This document shows positions 9,338-19,083 of a stretch of 64,000 nt of DNA, piece by piece. Made by a program: the position numbers and the translations under genes. The stretch lies in the IMG/VR virus record IMGVR_UViG_3300025120_000020. One strand, written 5' to 3'. The notes under the pieces were generated by a model. It worked only from the letters and a program-made list of their open reading frames with translations. It did not search any database and was not told where the DNA came from. The DNA is from a virus. Position 1 is the stretch's first letter. Each line of letters opens with the position of its first letter.

Positions 9338-10443
9338 GCCACTTAGTAGAAGTTTATGCAAAAGATTTGGGAGTTAAAATTGGCGACCCACATTTCAAAC
9401 CTCATTTTTTTCCTGTTCTTGAAGATAACTATATTACCATCCACAATGACAATAAAGTTCAATCCAAAGAATACGATTATTGGGAAGAGGTTATTTGTTT
9501 AGTTAAGGAGCAAGTTCCAGATATTAAGTTTATTCAAATAGGCTCTGGACAAGAACCAATAATAAAAAATGCAACAAAGTTCGCTGCCACTTCCAGCATA
9601 AAGCAGTCTGCTTACATCATTAAGAATGCATTAATGCACGTTGGCATAGATAGTTTGCCAGTTCATATTGCATCATCGTTTGATAAACCTATTGTCTCGA
9701 TATACGCACATACTTATGCCTCTACTTGCAGACCAATCTGGGGTTCAAAAAATAATCATACGATAATTGAGTCCCACAGAGATGGTAAAAAACCATCTTA
9801 CTCTTTAAAAGAACAACCCAAGCAAATAAACTTGATCAAGCCAGAGGAAATAGCTAATGCCGTTCTGAAAAGGCTAGGGAAAAACAAAAGTTCTAGAAAA
9901 ACAATTTTTATTGGCGACAAATATAAGGAAAAATTTATCCATATTATACCAGATAAGAAATATGGGGTATCCTCCAAGCAAACAGTTCTTAGGTTTGATT
10001 TACATCATGATGAAGAAAATACTCTTCATTTATTCGCAAATAATAATATTTCTATTGTGACAAACAAGCCATTAGGAGATAAACTTTTAAGTCAAAAAAA
10101 TATAAATTGCATTAATTATTTTTGTGATCGATTCGACTCGGGGTTTGTCGAAAGAGCGAAAAATAAAGGTATAACTTTACGTTTATTTTGCACGGACGAG
10201 GGAAACCTTAGTGAAGAAAGGCTTAAGTTTTTTGACAACCAAATCCTTTTAATAGACGAATCTAAAAAAATAGAAGAAAATAAAAAACAAATTGAATTGC
10301 CCGAAAAAGATTTAAAAATAAAATCTTATACAATTTACTTTAAGAACGGGCAAGCACATCACTCTCTCTTTGAGGCAAATAACAAAGAGAGTTTAGACGA
10401 TATTTTTATTGACTTGGACAAACTTATGCTTTATACTGATTAA
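9334..10443 (+). CDS. GT9 (heptosyltransferase-like) glycosyltransferase
   Basis: KEYDYWEEVI, FIQIGSG, IKQSAYIIKNALMHVGIDSLPVHIASSFDKPIVSIY. Confidence 0.75.
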   Translation: MSHLVEVYAKDLGVKIGDPHFKPHFFPVLEDNYITIHNDNKVQSKEYDYWEEVICLVKEQVPDIKFIQIGSGQEPIIKNATKFAATSSIKQSAYIIKNALMHVGIDSLPVHIASSFDKPIVSIYAHTYASTCRPIWGSKNNHTIIESHRDGKKPSYSLKEQPKQINLIKPEEIANAVLKRLGKNKSSRKTIFIGDKYKEKFIHIIPDKKYGVSSKQTVLRFDLHHDEENTLHLFANNNISIVTNKPLGDKLLSQKNINCINYFCDRFDSGFVERAKNKGITLRLFCTDEGNLSEERLKFFDNQILLIDESKKIEENKKQIELPEKDLKIKSYTIYFKNGQAHHSLFEANNKESLDDIFIDLDKLMLYTD

Positions 10444-10444
10444 A

Positions 10445-11227
10445 ATGAGTGATAAAAAGATTTACGGACCTGATCTTTACAAGCGTAATGAGCATGGGCT
10501 TTTAGAAAATGCAGAATACGAATTTAATGAAGATGGCTCTGTAAATTGGAGAGCCATGATTAAGCCAGAGTTTCTTTACCCAAATAAAGATTGGTTTGAA
10601 GCTCGCAAAAAGGATGTTCCTACTTCACCAGAGGGCTTGGATGACAAACAGCTTTTGATCATGCTTGGTGGCATTAAGGAGTTGGCTCGACTCAGGGGAT
10701 TTCAGAGTGTTTCGTTCAAAACCGACCACCTTAGTGATACTTATGTTGTGGCTAATTGTGAAATTGTTTGGTCTCCTAATTATGAAAGTCATGATCAAGG
10801 TGTTGTTTACCAAGATGTCGCAAATGCGACACTACAAAATACAGGTTCTTTCGCAGCTAAGTTCTTAGAAACTATCGCTTGCAATAGAGCTTTTGTGAGA
10901 TGTGTTCGTAATTTTCTAAACATTCACATCGTGGGAGCTGATGAGATTGATAAATCAAAAGGAGCTGTAAATTCTCAATCAGTTGAATCTTCTGCTGATG
11001 AAACTATAGGAAGCATTCTTTCCCCTCACACAAGACTATTTCAAGACTGGCAAGACTATACTGGTGGGGGTAACAATTTCGAAGACTTCAAAAAAGGAGC
11101 CTTGCGCTCTCTATGGAAGCAAGAGATTTATCAAAATAAAGATGCTCAAAACTGGAATAACTTTGACGAAATACCAGTCAAAGAGGTTCGCAAAATTAGA
11201 GCTGCTATTAGAAAACTAAAGTCCTAA
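10445..11227 (+). CDS. Possible Rad52/Sak-like ssDNA annealing protein
   Basis: ETIACNRAFVRCVRNFLNIHIVGADEI resembles the A-x-x-RA-x-x-R-x-x-R-x-x-L-x-I-(x)-E signature; lies near the SSB-like gene. Confidence 0.45.
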   Translation: MSDKKIYGPDLYKRNEHGLLENAEYEFNEDGSVNWRAMIKPEFLYPNKDWFEARKKDVPTSPEGLDDKQLLIMLGGIKELARLRGFQSVSFKTDHLSDTYVVANCEIVWSPNYESHDQGVVYQDVANATLQNTGSFAAKFLETIACNRAFVRCVRNFLNIHIVGADEIDKSKGAVNSQSVESSADETIGSILSPHTRLFQDWQDYTGGGNNFEDFKKGALRSLWKQEIYQNKDAQNWNNFDEIPVKEVRKIRAAIRKLKS

Positions 11228-13645
11228 GTAGTTTTTTTGAATTGCTGTAAAATTATTATTCTTTATAGCGGTTAATGATGCTTTTTGATTTCTGTCAATA
11301 ATTAATTGTTCGCTTGGTCTAAGAAGCTTAACGCTAGATTCATTAATTGTTGTGGTTGCTCCAGAATCACCTAACTCAAGAGTAATCGCAGAAATTGTTG
11401 GTTTAAAATCACCCGGCAAAGAAATCCCAAGTATAGTTCTACTAGATTGAATTTGAGGTCTTGGGATAGATTGAAGCGCAGATAGCGAACTGTTTTCTAA
11501 TGCTATTATATCTGCGATTTTACCTTTCTTAATGTCTAATGTAATTGGCCTATAAGAATCACCACTAGATCCATTATCCTGAACACTATAATATCTAGTG
11601 TCGAACCTCTCAGCTAATTCGGATATCTTCTGCGCTGCGGCATCAAGACCCGCCTGTCTATCAGCGTCATTTTTTTCTTGCGCCCTAGTTTTATCAGTCT
11701 CTACTTCATCTGTTGGTCTTTTCGATCTAGTAAAATAAGCTCTCGCAGTTTGTGGGGCTTGTTTTTCTTTATTCTGAGCATTATAAAATTCTGCTGATTT
11801 TCTCGCAAGCTTTATTATCTGGCTTTTCAACGCTTTACTTACTCCTAAATATTCAGACACACCATTAGCTTCGAATCGATACTCGTTCGAATTGAATAAT
11901 TCAAAATCAATATCTGCCTTCTTCATCCCATAAGTTGCCTTATTTGCTCCGTTAATCACTCCAACAAAACCATAACTCCCTCCCCCTTTCGACCCAGATG
12001 CTTTCATCAATTCGTTAAGGTTCCCATCAAACCATCCAAGTGATTTCCAAACGGTGTCAGCACTAGCTAAAGCTTCTATGTCTGAAAATTGGTCGAAAGT
12101 ATCAAAAGGACCGCTTATGGTCATCTCAGATCCTGCCCAGTTTGTCCTCCTAGCTGAATACTGCCTATAGTAATTAGAAACATAAATTGTATTATGCAAT
12201 ACATCAAAAAGAGCCTTTATGTATCTAAAAGCATTCCCCTGCGATGGTCTTTCTATCTTTTGGCCAGTTGCTTTATCTTTTAACTGTATAAACTCTGCAT
12301 CATCAAGATCCATATCTCCCCCTTTTTGCAACTTCTGTTTATGCCTAGAAATGCTAGTTAGTAGTTCAACACCTCCTGATCTTGCATCCTCCATAGAACT
12401 AGCCCCATTCCAATCCTCTTTTTGCCACTCAATATCAATCCCCGTTTCCGATGAGAATTTTGTCGCAACAATCCCCATTATATCAAAATTTTCCTCATTT
12501 AAAGCTCCAGCAAGATACATAGTGTAATAAAGTTTTAATATACTTTCGTTAACAAGTAGCTTCTCTATTATCGCTTCAGGCGCGTCCTCAGTCCCCTCTG
12601 AGAAAGGAACTTTTCTAAATCTAGTAATCCTTTCTCCTTGGTCAAATTCAAAACTTTGTTCTTGTTTTTCTATACTTCCACTAAAAACGTTAACAAATAC
12701 GGGATAAATTGAATCTTCCGTAAAAGAAGCGCTAATATATTTTTTTTGCTCTGAAAGAGATTGTTTAAATGGATTTAAGGGAGATAAACTTAATGCTGCA
12801 TTAGAATTTATAAAATTAATAATCCCATCTGCAAATGGATTAACATACCAATAATAACCAAATTTAGTAGCAATATTAGAAATAATTGCATCTAAAGTGC
12901 CAGATTCCTCAAATAGTATGTTATCATCAGTATTTGGTAGCCCTCTCAGGAAAATTCCACACTTTTCCAATCCAGCTTTCGCCTCTGCGAGTGTGTATCC
13001 AAACCTCAATTCGTAATTAGCATAATCTGGGAATTTACGATAGAATTGACTTACATTCTCTAAATTATAACATAAATTCTCTTTTAATAATCCTGATTGA
13101 TATACCAAAGAAGTTTTAACGCCGTCTGCGACAATATTACGTTCTTTATTATACACTGAGGTGACAGAACTTTCTTCGTTAAAAATATTTCCTATTCTTA
13201 CAACGCCACCCTTCCTAGACGGTCCTTTTCGGGGAAACTGTTGTGATGCTGGAACAGGAGTATTTGAGCATTCGCTAAAATAAGGCATTACAATAGTTCC
13301 TGATTGATCTTTAGGGTGGCTTTGACTTCCCCTAACAATAAAACAATGAGACCTCAAATCAAGCGCAGTTACATGACTCAATTCTCTGAATATTCTTGTT
13401 GATCTTCCATCTTTTTTAACGGTCTTTTTAACGGTCTTGAATCTTTGCGTCATTTCCTGAAGCCTAGCATCAGAAAACGTAATCCGTCCAGACCTAGAAC
13501 CAATAACTGTTCCAAGATCATTGCCATCTCGCGCTAAGTCTTTAGCGTCTAAAACAGTCTCCATTGATAACGAGTGATCCCCTCCAGAACTTGAAAAATT
13601 AAAATTCAAGGACACCAGCGATTCTCTATCTGATAAAAAGGCCAT
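11216..13645 (-). CDS. Tail or baseplate-associated structural protein
   Basis: 809 aa at the distal end of the tail operon; position only. Confidence 0.5.
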   Translation of the reverse strand: MAFLSDRESLVSLNFNFSSSGGDHSLSMETVLDAKDLARDGNDLGTVIGSRSGRITFSDARLQEMTQRFKTVKKTVKKDGRSTRIFRELSHVTALDLRSHCFIVRGSQSHPKDQSGTIVMPYFSECSNTPVPASQQFPRKGPSRKGGVVRIGNIFNEESSVTSVYNKERNIVADGVKTSLVYQSGLLKENLCYNLENVSQFYRKFPDYANYELRFGYTLAEAKAGLEKCGIFLRGLPNTDDNILFEESGTLDAIISNIATKFGYYWYVNPFADGIINFINSNAALSLSPLNPFKQSLSEQKKYISASFTEDSIYPVFVNVFSGSIEKQEQSFEFDQGERITRFRKVPFSEGTEDAPEAIIEKLLVNESILKLYYTMYLAGALNEENFDIMGIVATKFSSETGIDIEWQKEDWNGASSMEDARSGGVELLTSISRHKQKLQKGGDMDLDDAEFIQLKDKATGQKIERPSQGNAFRYIKALFDVLHNTIYVSNYYRQYSARRTNWAGSEMTISGPFDTFDQFSDIEALASADTVWKSLGWFDGNLNELMKASGSKGGGSYGFVGVINGANKATYGMKKADIDFELFNSNEYRFEANGVSEYLGVSKALKSQIIKLARKSAEFYNAQNKEKQAPQTARAYFTRSKRPTDEVETDKTRAQEKNDADRQAGLDAAAQKISELAERFDTRYYSVQDNGSSGDSYRPITLDIKKGKIADIIALENSSLSALQSIPRPQIQSSRTILGISLPGDFKPTISAITLELGDSGATTTINESSVKLLRPSEQLIIDRNQKASLTAIKNNNFTAIQKNYLGL

Positions 13646-14484
13646 TATGAGAAATAATTTAATGTTTGTTTATTTACTAAGTAGACAGAAGAGTCTACTC
13701 CCGACTCTATCATATACACTCCAGTATGAATTTGAAGCAAATCTTCGGTGGTTTGCTCCATTCCATTTACGTAAAAATCAACGTGATTTTCTACAAATTT
13801 TGGCCCAAATATATCAGGTTCATTAGAACGCACTTCAATTGTTCTATCTTGTTTGGGTATAGCGAATAAGTCCCCTGTAGTGCCGTGGACTGGAACTTCA
13901 ACACCAGTGAATTCCGCGACTGGATCTTCAGCATATTTTAATTTTTGTCCGTTAAAAAAAACATGGTGATTTTCGAATAAATCACTTTCGGTTCCAGCAT
14001 TAGAATAAGCAGTGTTTACCTTAGATCTAAGACCATCAATATCTAAAGCGTTAAGAGGCGAGTTAATTGAAATCCCAGCGGCAAAATCTCTTTTATCATA
14101 ATAAATAATATCTTTACTATTTAAGTTCAAAACTGGATCAAACATAATTTCCCCTTGAGAATTATCTATATCAAAAATATAATTACCTAAATCATCAGCT
14201 GCTTGTATGTAATAATTTTGATTAACATCTTGTGAGATTGTAACTCCAGTAGCCTCAAGCATAGTTTGAGAGTTAAGTGACACTAAAGATACTCCACTAC
14301 CAGTAATAATATCGATATCAAAAACAAAAGGGTAATCTTTCTTTTTCCCGTTTTCATCTAATCTAAAGTGTTTTTTATCAAATAAATTTGCACCAAAATA
14401 CGGGGATTGATTTTTATGTGATATGTTAAGTTGGCTACCTGATATAGTAGAATGACCAGTAGCTATTACATAGTTATATGTCAT
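13645..14484 (-). CDS. Tail structural protein
   Basis: Overlapping gene in the tail operon; VFFNGQK and FYVNGME beta-repeat motifs. Confidence 0.5.
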   Translation of the reverse strand: MTYNYVIATGHSTISGSQLNISHKNQSPYFGANLFDKKHFRLDENGKKKDYPFVFDIDIITGSGVSLVSLNSQTMLEATGVTISQDVNQNYYIQAADDLGNYIFDIDNSQGEIMFDPVLNLNSKDIIYYDKRDFAAGISINSPLNALDIDGLRSKVNTAYSNAGTESDLFENHHVFFNGQKLKYAEDPVAEFTGVEVPVHGTTGDLFAIPKQDRTIEVRSNEPDIFGPKFVENHVDFYVNGMEQTTEDLLQIHTGVYMIESGVDSSVYLVNKQTLNYFS

Positions 14485-15902
14485 GATTTACCTCCCATGT
14501 AATAAATATAATTCTTTTTAAATTTATCAGCATTTTCTGTTAAATTTACACCAGATGATGCTGGTTCCACAAACGTAACAGACTCCGTGAGGGCTGTTTG
14601 ATTTACACCACTAACCTCAGACAAAACTCCAGTAAGAGGAGTTTTACCGTATAGATCAATTGTGATTTTATCTTGAGTTATTCCAGTAAACTCTGCATAA
14701 GTTTGTATTGATTCCGATACATCATTTAATCCTAAAGTATCGTAAGCACCTTCTCCAGTGGGATAATAAATGTATCCAGAGTTTGAATGAAGTTGGCCCA
14801 ACTCTTCTTTGTAGAACGTCTTAACATCACCATTATTCAAAGTATAATACTTGTAGTAACGCTCTCCCTCGCTTCTACTTTCTGACGAAGTCAGTGATAT
14901 GCTACCAGTGAATTCTTCTCTTCCAGTTATAATCTCTAATGTCCCTGTAGAGTTATAATTGTATCCTGTAATTCCAGTTTTGAAAACAATGGTCTCAGAA
15001 TAACCTGTGACTCTTTCTACCGATGTTTCAATGGCAGGATCCTCAAAATAACTACCAATAAGCCCTTCACCCAATTCTTTTAAAAAGTCTGGGTCCATAA
15101 ATCCAGAGATGATGGCCAAACCATGTAAACTTCCACTAAATGTCGCAGTCTTATTATCTGTTGACCTAAAGTAAGTGTCGCTTCCTCCAAAATATAGAGA
15201 TAGAGTCTCAGGACCAATCAGTCGGATCACCTCATTGTCAATAAAATTTTCAGATATAGGGATCTCTACCTCTTTCGTTAAACTATTGAAATAATCAAAA
15301 TAGCTAACAATAATCTGGCTTCTACCCACAGAAACGCCGATAATATTTCTTTTAGATAATTCTACTGAACCAATTACTTTGATTGAATCTCCATCATCCC
15401 TATAAGTTTGACAAAATAAGTGTCCTCTGTCAGTAACTCCAATATTATACCCCTGTGAGTGCCTTATTTCATTACTAGATATAACAGTAACGCCAGTTTC
15501 AAAACACCCAAGTATAACGCCATCATCAATATCCCCATCTTGAAACTCAAAGTCAATTACAAACGAAATATCGGCAGCGTTTAGTCCATTTAGAGGGACT
15601 TGAAAATTACCATAGGTTAAGTCTAATTTATCTCCGACACTGGATGAAGAATCAAAAATATCACTAGCTTTATTTATAACGGCTGTGTTATCAACACCTG
15701 TTGCCCCAAGTAAAAAACCAGTGTGTAAAGAAGGTTGATTAGAATAAATAGAGTTGGGGTATGTCCCAGTAACATTTCCATCTGCCCCAGTAAAAAATCC
15801 TATGCTCAAGGCAGATGCCCCTTCAAAATCATAAAGAGCAGATAACCGTTGGTTTGAACTTTGGCCGTTCAATAAAATAGCATTTAACGCTTTCTCACTC
15901 AT
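14481..15902 (-). CDS. Tail protein with LamG/concanavalin-like domain
   Basis: LSALYDFEG, DISFVIDFEF, GYNIGVTDRGHLF, LYFGGS...FSGSLHGLAI; TG/SG-rich. Confidence 0.55.
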   Translation of the reverse strand: MSEKALNAILLNGQSSNQRLSALYDFEGASALSIGFFTGADGNVTGTYPNSIYSNQPSLHTGFLLGATGVDNTAVINKASDIFDSSSSVGDKLDLTYGNFQVPLNGLNAADISFVIDFEFQDGDIDDGVILGCFETGVTVISSNEIRHSQGYNIGVTDRGHLFCQTYRDDGDSIKVIGSVELSKRNIIGVSVGRSQIIVSYFDYFNSLTKEVEIPISENFIDNEVIRLIGPETLSLYFGGSDTYFRSTDNKTATFSGSLHGLAIISGFMDPDFLKELGEGLIGSYFEDPAIETSVERVTGYSETIVFKTGITGYNYNSTGTLEIITGREEFTGSISLTSSESRSEGERYYKYYTLNNGDVKTFYKEELGQLHSNSGYIYYPTGEGAYDTLGLNDVSESIQTYAEFTGITQDKITIDLYGKTPLTGVLSEVSGVNQTALTESVTFVEPASSGVNLTENADKFKKNYIYYMGGKS

Positions 15903-17515
15903 TAATAATACTTGGCTAAGTTATAAGATATTGAATTTTGACCCGTGGCATAAGATTCTTGTATAAGTAAATTTCCGCTACACAACCCAGAAACAACTTC
16001 TTTTAGTTTATCTAATTTACTACCATCCTCACTACAATTAGCCGATACAGAATAGTTTCCTAAGCTTCGCGAAATTACCTGAGAAGCCCCAAATCCACTA
16101 ATGGTTTCTTGGACATTATTAACAGCAAGAGGCTGTTTGTTTGATATATTTAAAGATAAATTTTTCAAATTTCCTGATGAGAAATCCACTTGGTTAGAAT
16201 AATTATAATTATAAGATATGGTATTTTCAACAGGATTTTTTGATATAGAGAAAGCTAGTGGCTCTTCATTCACATAAGATGAGTTAATTTCATATCCAGT
16301 AGCAACACCAGAAAATTTCTGTAAAGCAGATATCGCTATTGCCTGTTGATCAACTTGCCCAAAAGCAGTTTCCACAGCTTGAAATCTAGCATTGCTTTCA
16401 AACTCTCCTGTAGAATCAATAAACAAAGATCCCAAATATTTCAAGTTCCCCTGAACCGCGATAGAAGAGACTGAAGCATCTTTTGATAAACTTATTGAAG
16501 ACACATAAGAGTGTAAAACATTATTATTAATAAGATCAACTTTGTCTGGGTCAGCGAAAGCGAAAGAAAAATTAAGAAGGTTGGCTCCAGTATTTAAATT
16601 GTAATTAAATGCAGACGGGCCTTCTTGAACAAAACTATAAACACCTGATTCATAATCAGAGTAGGAATTAACCAATGCATTAGTTGCTACCTCTGTGGCT
16701 TGCTCTGGAGTAAAGTTACCAGTTGATAATAAACCAACTTGACTCCCTGTATTTGCGTCCATACTGCCCTGAAGACTACCATCAATACTGATAGAGAGTT
16801 CAGAGTTGTTGCTAAATGAAATTGATGTAGAGAGGTTTAAAACACCACTATCGGAGTAAGACTTATCAGAATTATCTCTATCTCCAGCCGAGTAAGAATA
16901 AACTTCTGTAATCCCATAAATATTTTCTTTTCTATCTACGTTTTCTGTCCTAGAATTTAAAAAGGCGTTGCTCCCGCTGTTGAAGAGAGCAATATTTTCA
17001 AATCCATTAATAACCTTCCCGCTAACAAACTCACGAGCATTATCAAAAGGATCTTTAGAATTAACTTTTAATCCTTTGGCTGAAACAGTATGGGTAGCAG
17101 TAATTATTTTATTATCTCCCTCCCCATAAGACCAAGAGTTTTGTGGGTCTGTAACTCCAAAATATTCTGAAAATGTTTCTCCAGAATAATACAAGGCACT
17201 TAAGCTATAAGGAAGGACTGTAGTCGAGTCGCTTTCATTAAAATCAATACTTTCTATAAAGGCGCAAGGACAGGTTTTAGCCTCATTTTCGATGGTTATT
17301 GTTAGGTCTTGATATTCATTAAGGAAACCACTGACCATTTGCATTTTTTGCAAATCTAGCCCACTCAAGTCACTACCAGTCAGAAAGCCTATTATGTTAA
17401 CCCGAATGGTGCTATGATCTAATAATCCACCAAGCTTAACTGATTCATCTTCTTCAGAAAAAAGGGGGATTGGCTCAGGGAAAGAGTAGCTTCCGTATGT
17501 AATAGAAGTCGCCAT
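15902..17515 (-). CDS. Tail structural protein
   Basis: Ser/Thr/Asn-rich, two genes downstream of the tape measure. Confidence 0.5.
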   Translation of the reverse strand: MATSITYGSYSFPEPIPLFSEEDESVKLGGLLDHSTIRVNIIGFLTGSDLSGLDLQKMQMVSGFLNEYQDLTITIENEAKTCPCAFIESIDFNESDSTTVLPYSLSALYYSGETFSEYFGVTDPQNSWSYGEGDNKIITATHTVSAKGLKVNSKDPFDNAREFVSGKVINGFENIALFNSGSNAFLNSRTENVDRKENIYGITEVYSYSAGDRDNSDKSYSDSGVLNLSTSISFSNNSELSISIDGSLQGSMDANTGSQVGLLSTGNFTPEQATEVATNALVNSYSDYESGVYSFVQEGPSAFNYNLNTGANLLNFSFAFADPDKVDLINNNVLHSYVSSISLSKDASVSSIAVQGNLKYLGSLFIDSTGEFESNARFQAVETAFGQVDQQAIAISALQKFSGVATGYEINSSYVNEEPLAFSISKNPVENTISYNYNYSNQVDFSSGNLKNLSLNISNKQPLAVNNVQETISGFGASQVISRSLGNYSVSANCSEDGSKLDKLKEVVSGLCSGNLLIQESYATGQNSISYNLAKYY

Positions 17516-17516
17516 A

Positions 17517-19061
17517 TTAAGCTATTATATACTCTATTACACGAGTTGTTGTTCCATCAACTAAATTAGATGTGACTACATCGCTTATTCCGTGAAAATC
17601 TGTTTCTTCTAAAGCTGCATTCATTTCCGTCGTTTTGCCATTTAAAAAATTTTTACCATGATGAACTCCATATGCAGGGTCTGCTGTAGTAGTAGCAGTA
17701 ACAGTCGCTGAACCTAACGAGTTCAAACTAGAAGTAACAACTTTTTGCTTCAGATCTAATAAATCAAGAATTACACCATTCCTTTTTACTTTTTCTTGTT
17801 TTTGAACGGAAATATTAAATTTTAAAATTCCTTTGGGCAAAGGGCCAGAGTCATAAGAGTCATCTGTAGTGTATTTTATATTCTCTGTTACCAATCCTTT
17901 TGGTTTGTCAATCGTAGCAGATCTTGATTTCTCGTATATTTCTGTAGCTTCTGAAAACAACCCTACAACTTTAGTCTCATTTTTGTCTTTGTTGGAAGTC
18001 CACAAAGCTATAACACTATCATATCTTGTTTGTGAATTTTTATCTTTAGCTTTGTATGTTACACTTAAATCGTATTCGAAAAACACTCCTGCTTTATTTT
18101 TAGTGCATTTATAAGAAATGCTATTTTCTTGAGATAACTCTGGGTTAGTAGAGAAACTAATAGATAGAGAAGCTTTTTTGGAGTCTTTTGTTACGCCCTT
18201 TTGTATAGCGAATGGCTTTCCAAACTGGCTGTCTTCGTCAGATATTATACTATCTATAGTCGATCCTATAGCATCCCCCAAAACTTTAGACGAGTGATGC
18301 TTTAATGACGTTAACTCAACACTAATAACTTTGGTGAGATATCCTTTTTCATCAACTGAGGTAGAGGTGGTTATCTTTTTAGAAACATTTTCTGAATCAA
18401 CAACAAAAGAAGAGTCAAAATCTTCTTGCAGATCAACAGATAAGTTTACTAAATCTATTGTTTGGTTGAGAGTTCCATTGTAATTTTTATTAAATCTAGC
18501 ATTTTCAGATATACCATCTTCATAGTGTCCTAAACTGGGTCTATTGGCATAGTAGTAATTAGTGAGGAAGGCTTTTGCGTTTGTTAAAAACTGATTTCCC
18601 GCATCTTGAGAATATTTTATAGATATACTTCTATTATAAGAGTAGTCTGCCCCCGATCTTGTAAAAGTATAGCTTTCAGAAAAATCATCTAATAAATGAG
18701 GACTTGGAATATATTTAGCGAAGGTTTTTGAGCTATAATCATCTAACCGCCTTCTTTCTTCAATTGTTATGTCTACAGTATCTTCCCCGTTTAGCGAGCC
18801 TTCTGCAAAAGATACCCTAGTAACTAACCCGTTTAATATTTCATCTCCAGCTATACGAGCTGTTATGTTTTGCCTCTTGTAAGCTGATCTAATGGCGGCT
18901 CTTCCAGAAAGTAGAACGCCGTCATTATTGTCGAACTGTATATCTTCTACCTTTAGAGTATAATTCAAAGTAACCAAATACCCAAAAACTTCCTGACTCC
19001 CAAAATAAGAATAGGAAATTTGAGAGTTAGAGTTGATTACATTATTTACTAATAGGCTCAT
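17517..19061 (-). CDS. Tail structural protein (distal-tail position)
   Basis: Immediately downstream of the tape measure gene. Confidence 0.5.
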   Translation of the reverse strand: MSLLVNNVINSNSQISYSYFGSQEVFGYLVTLNYTLKVEDIQFDNNDGVLLSGRAAIRSAYKRQNITARIAGDEILNGLVTRVSFAEGSLNGEDTVDITIEERRRLDDYSSKTFAKYIPSPHLLDDFSESYTFTRSGADYSYNRSISIKYSQDAGNQFLTNAKAFLTNYYYANRPSLGHYEDGISENARFNKNYNGTLNQTIDLVNLSVDLQEDFDSSFVVDSENVSKKITTSTSVDEKGYLTKVISVELTSLKHHSSKVLGDAIGSTIDSIISDEDSQFGKPFAIQKGVTKDSKKASLSISFSTNPELSQENSISYKCTKNKAGVFFEYDLSVTYKAKDKNSQTRYDSVIALWTSNKDKNETKVVGLFSEATEIYEKSRSATIDKPKGLVTENIKYTTDDSYDSGPLPKGILKFNISVQKQEKVKRNGVILDLLDLKQKVVTSSLNSLGSATVTATTTADPAYGVHHGKNFLNGKTTEMNAALEETDFHGISDVVTSNLVDGTTTRVIEYIIA

Positions 19062-19083
19062 ATTTAAAATTGCATATACTTAC

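Noticed and set aside
11216-19061. Diversity-generating retroelement or shufflon acting on tail genes
   Set aside because: No reverse transcriptase, invertase, or template/variable repeat pair was seen
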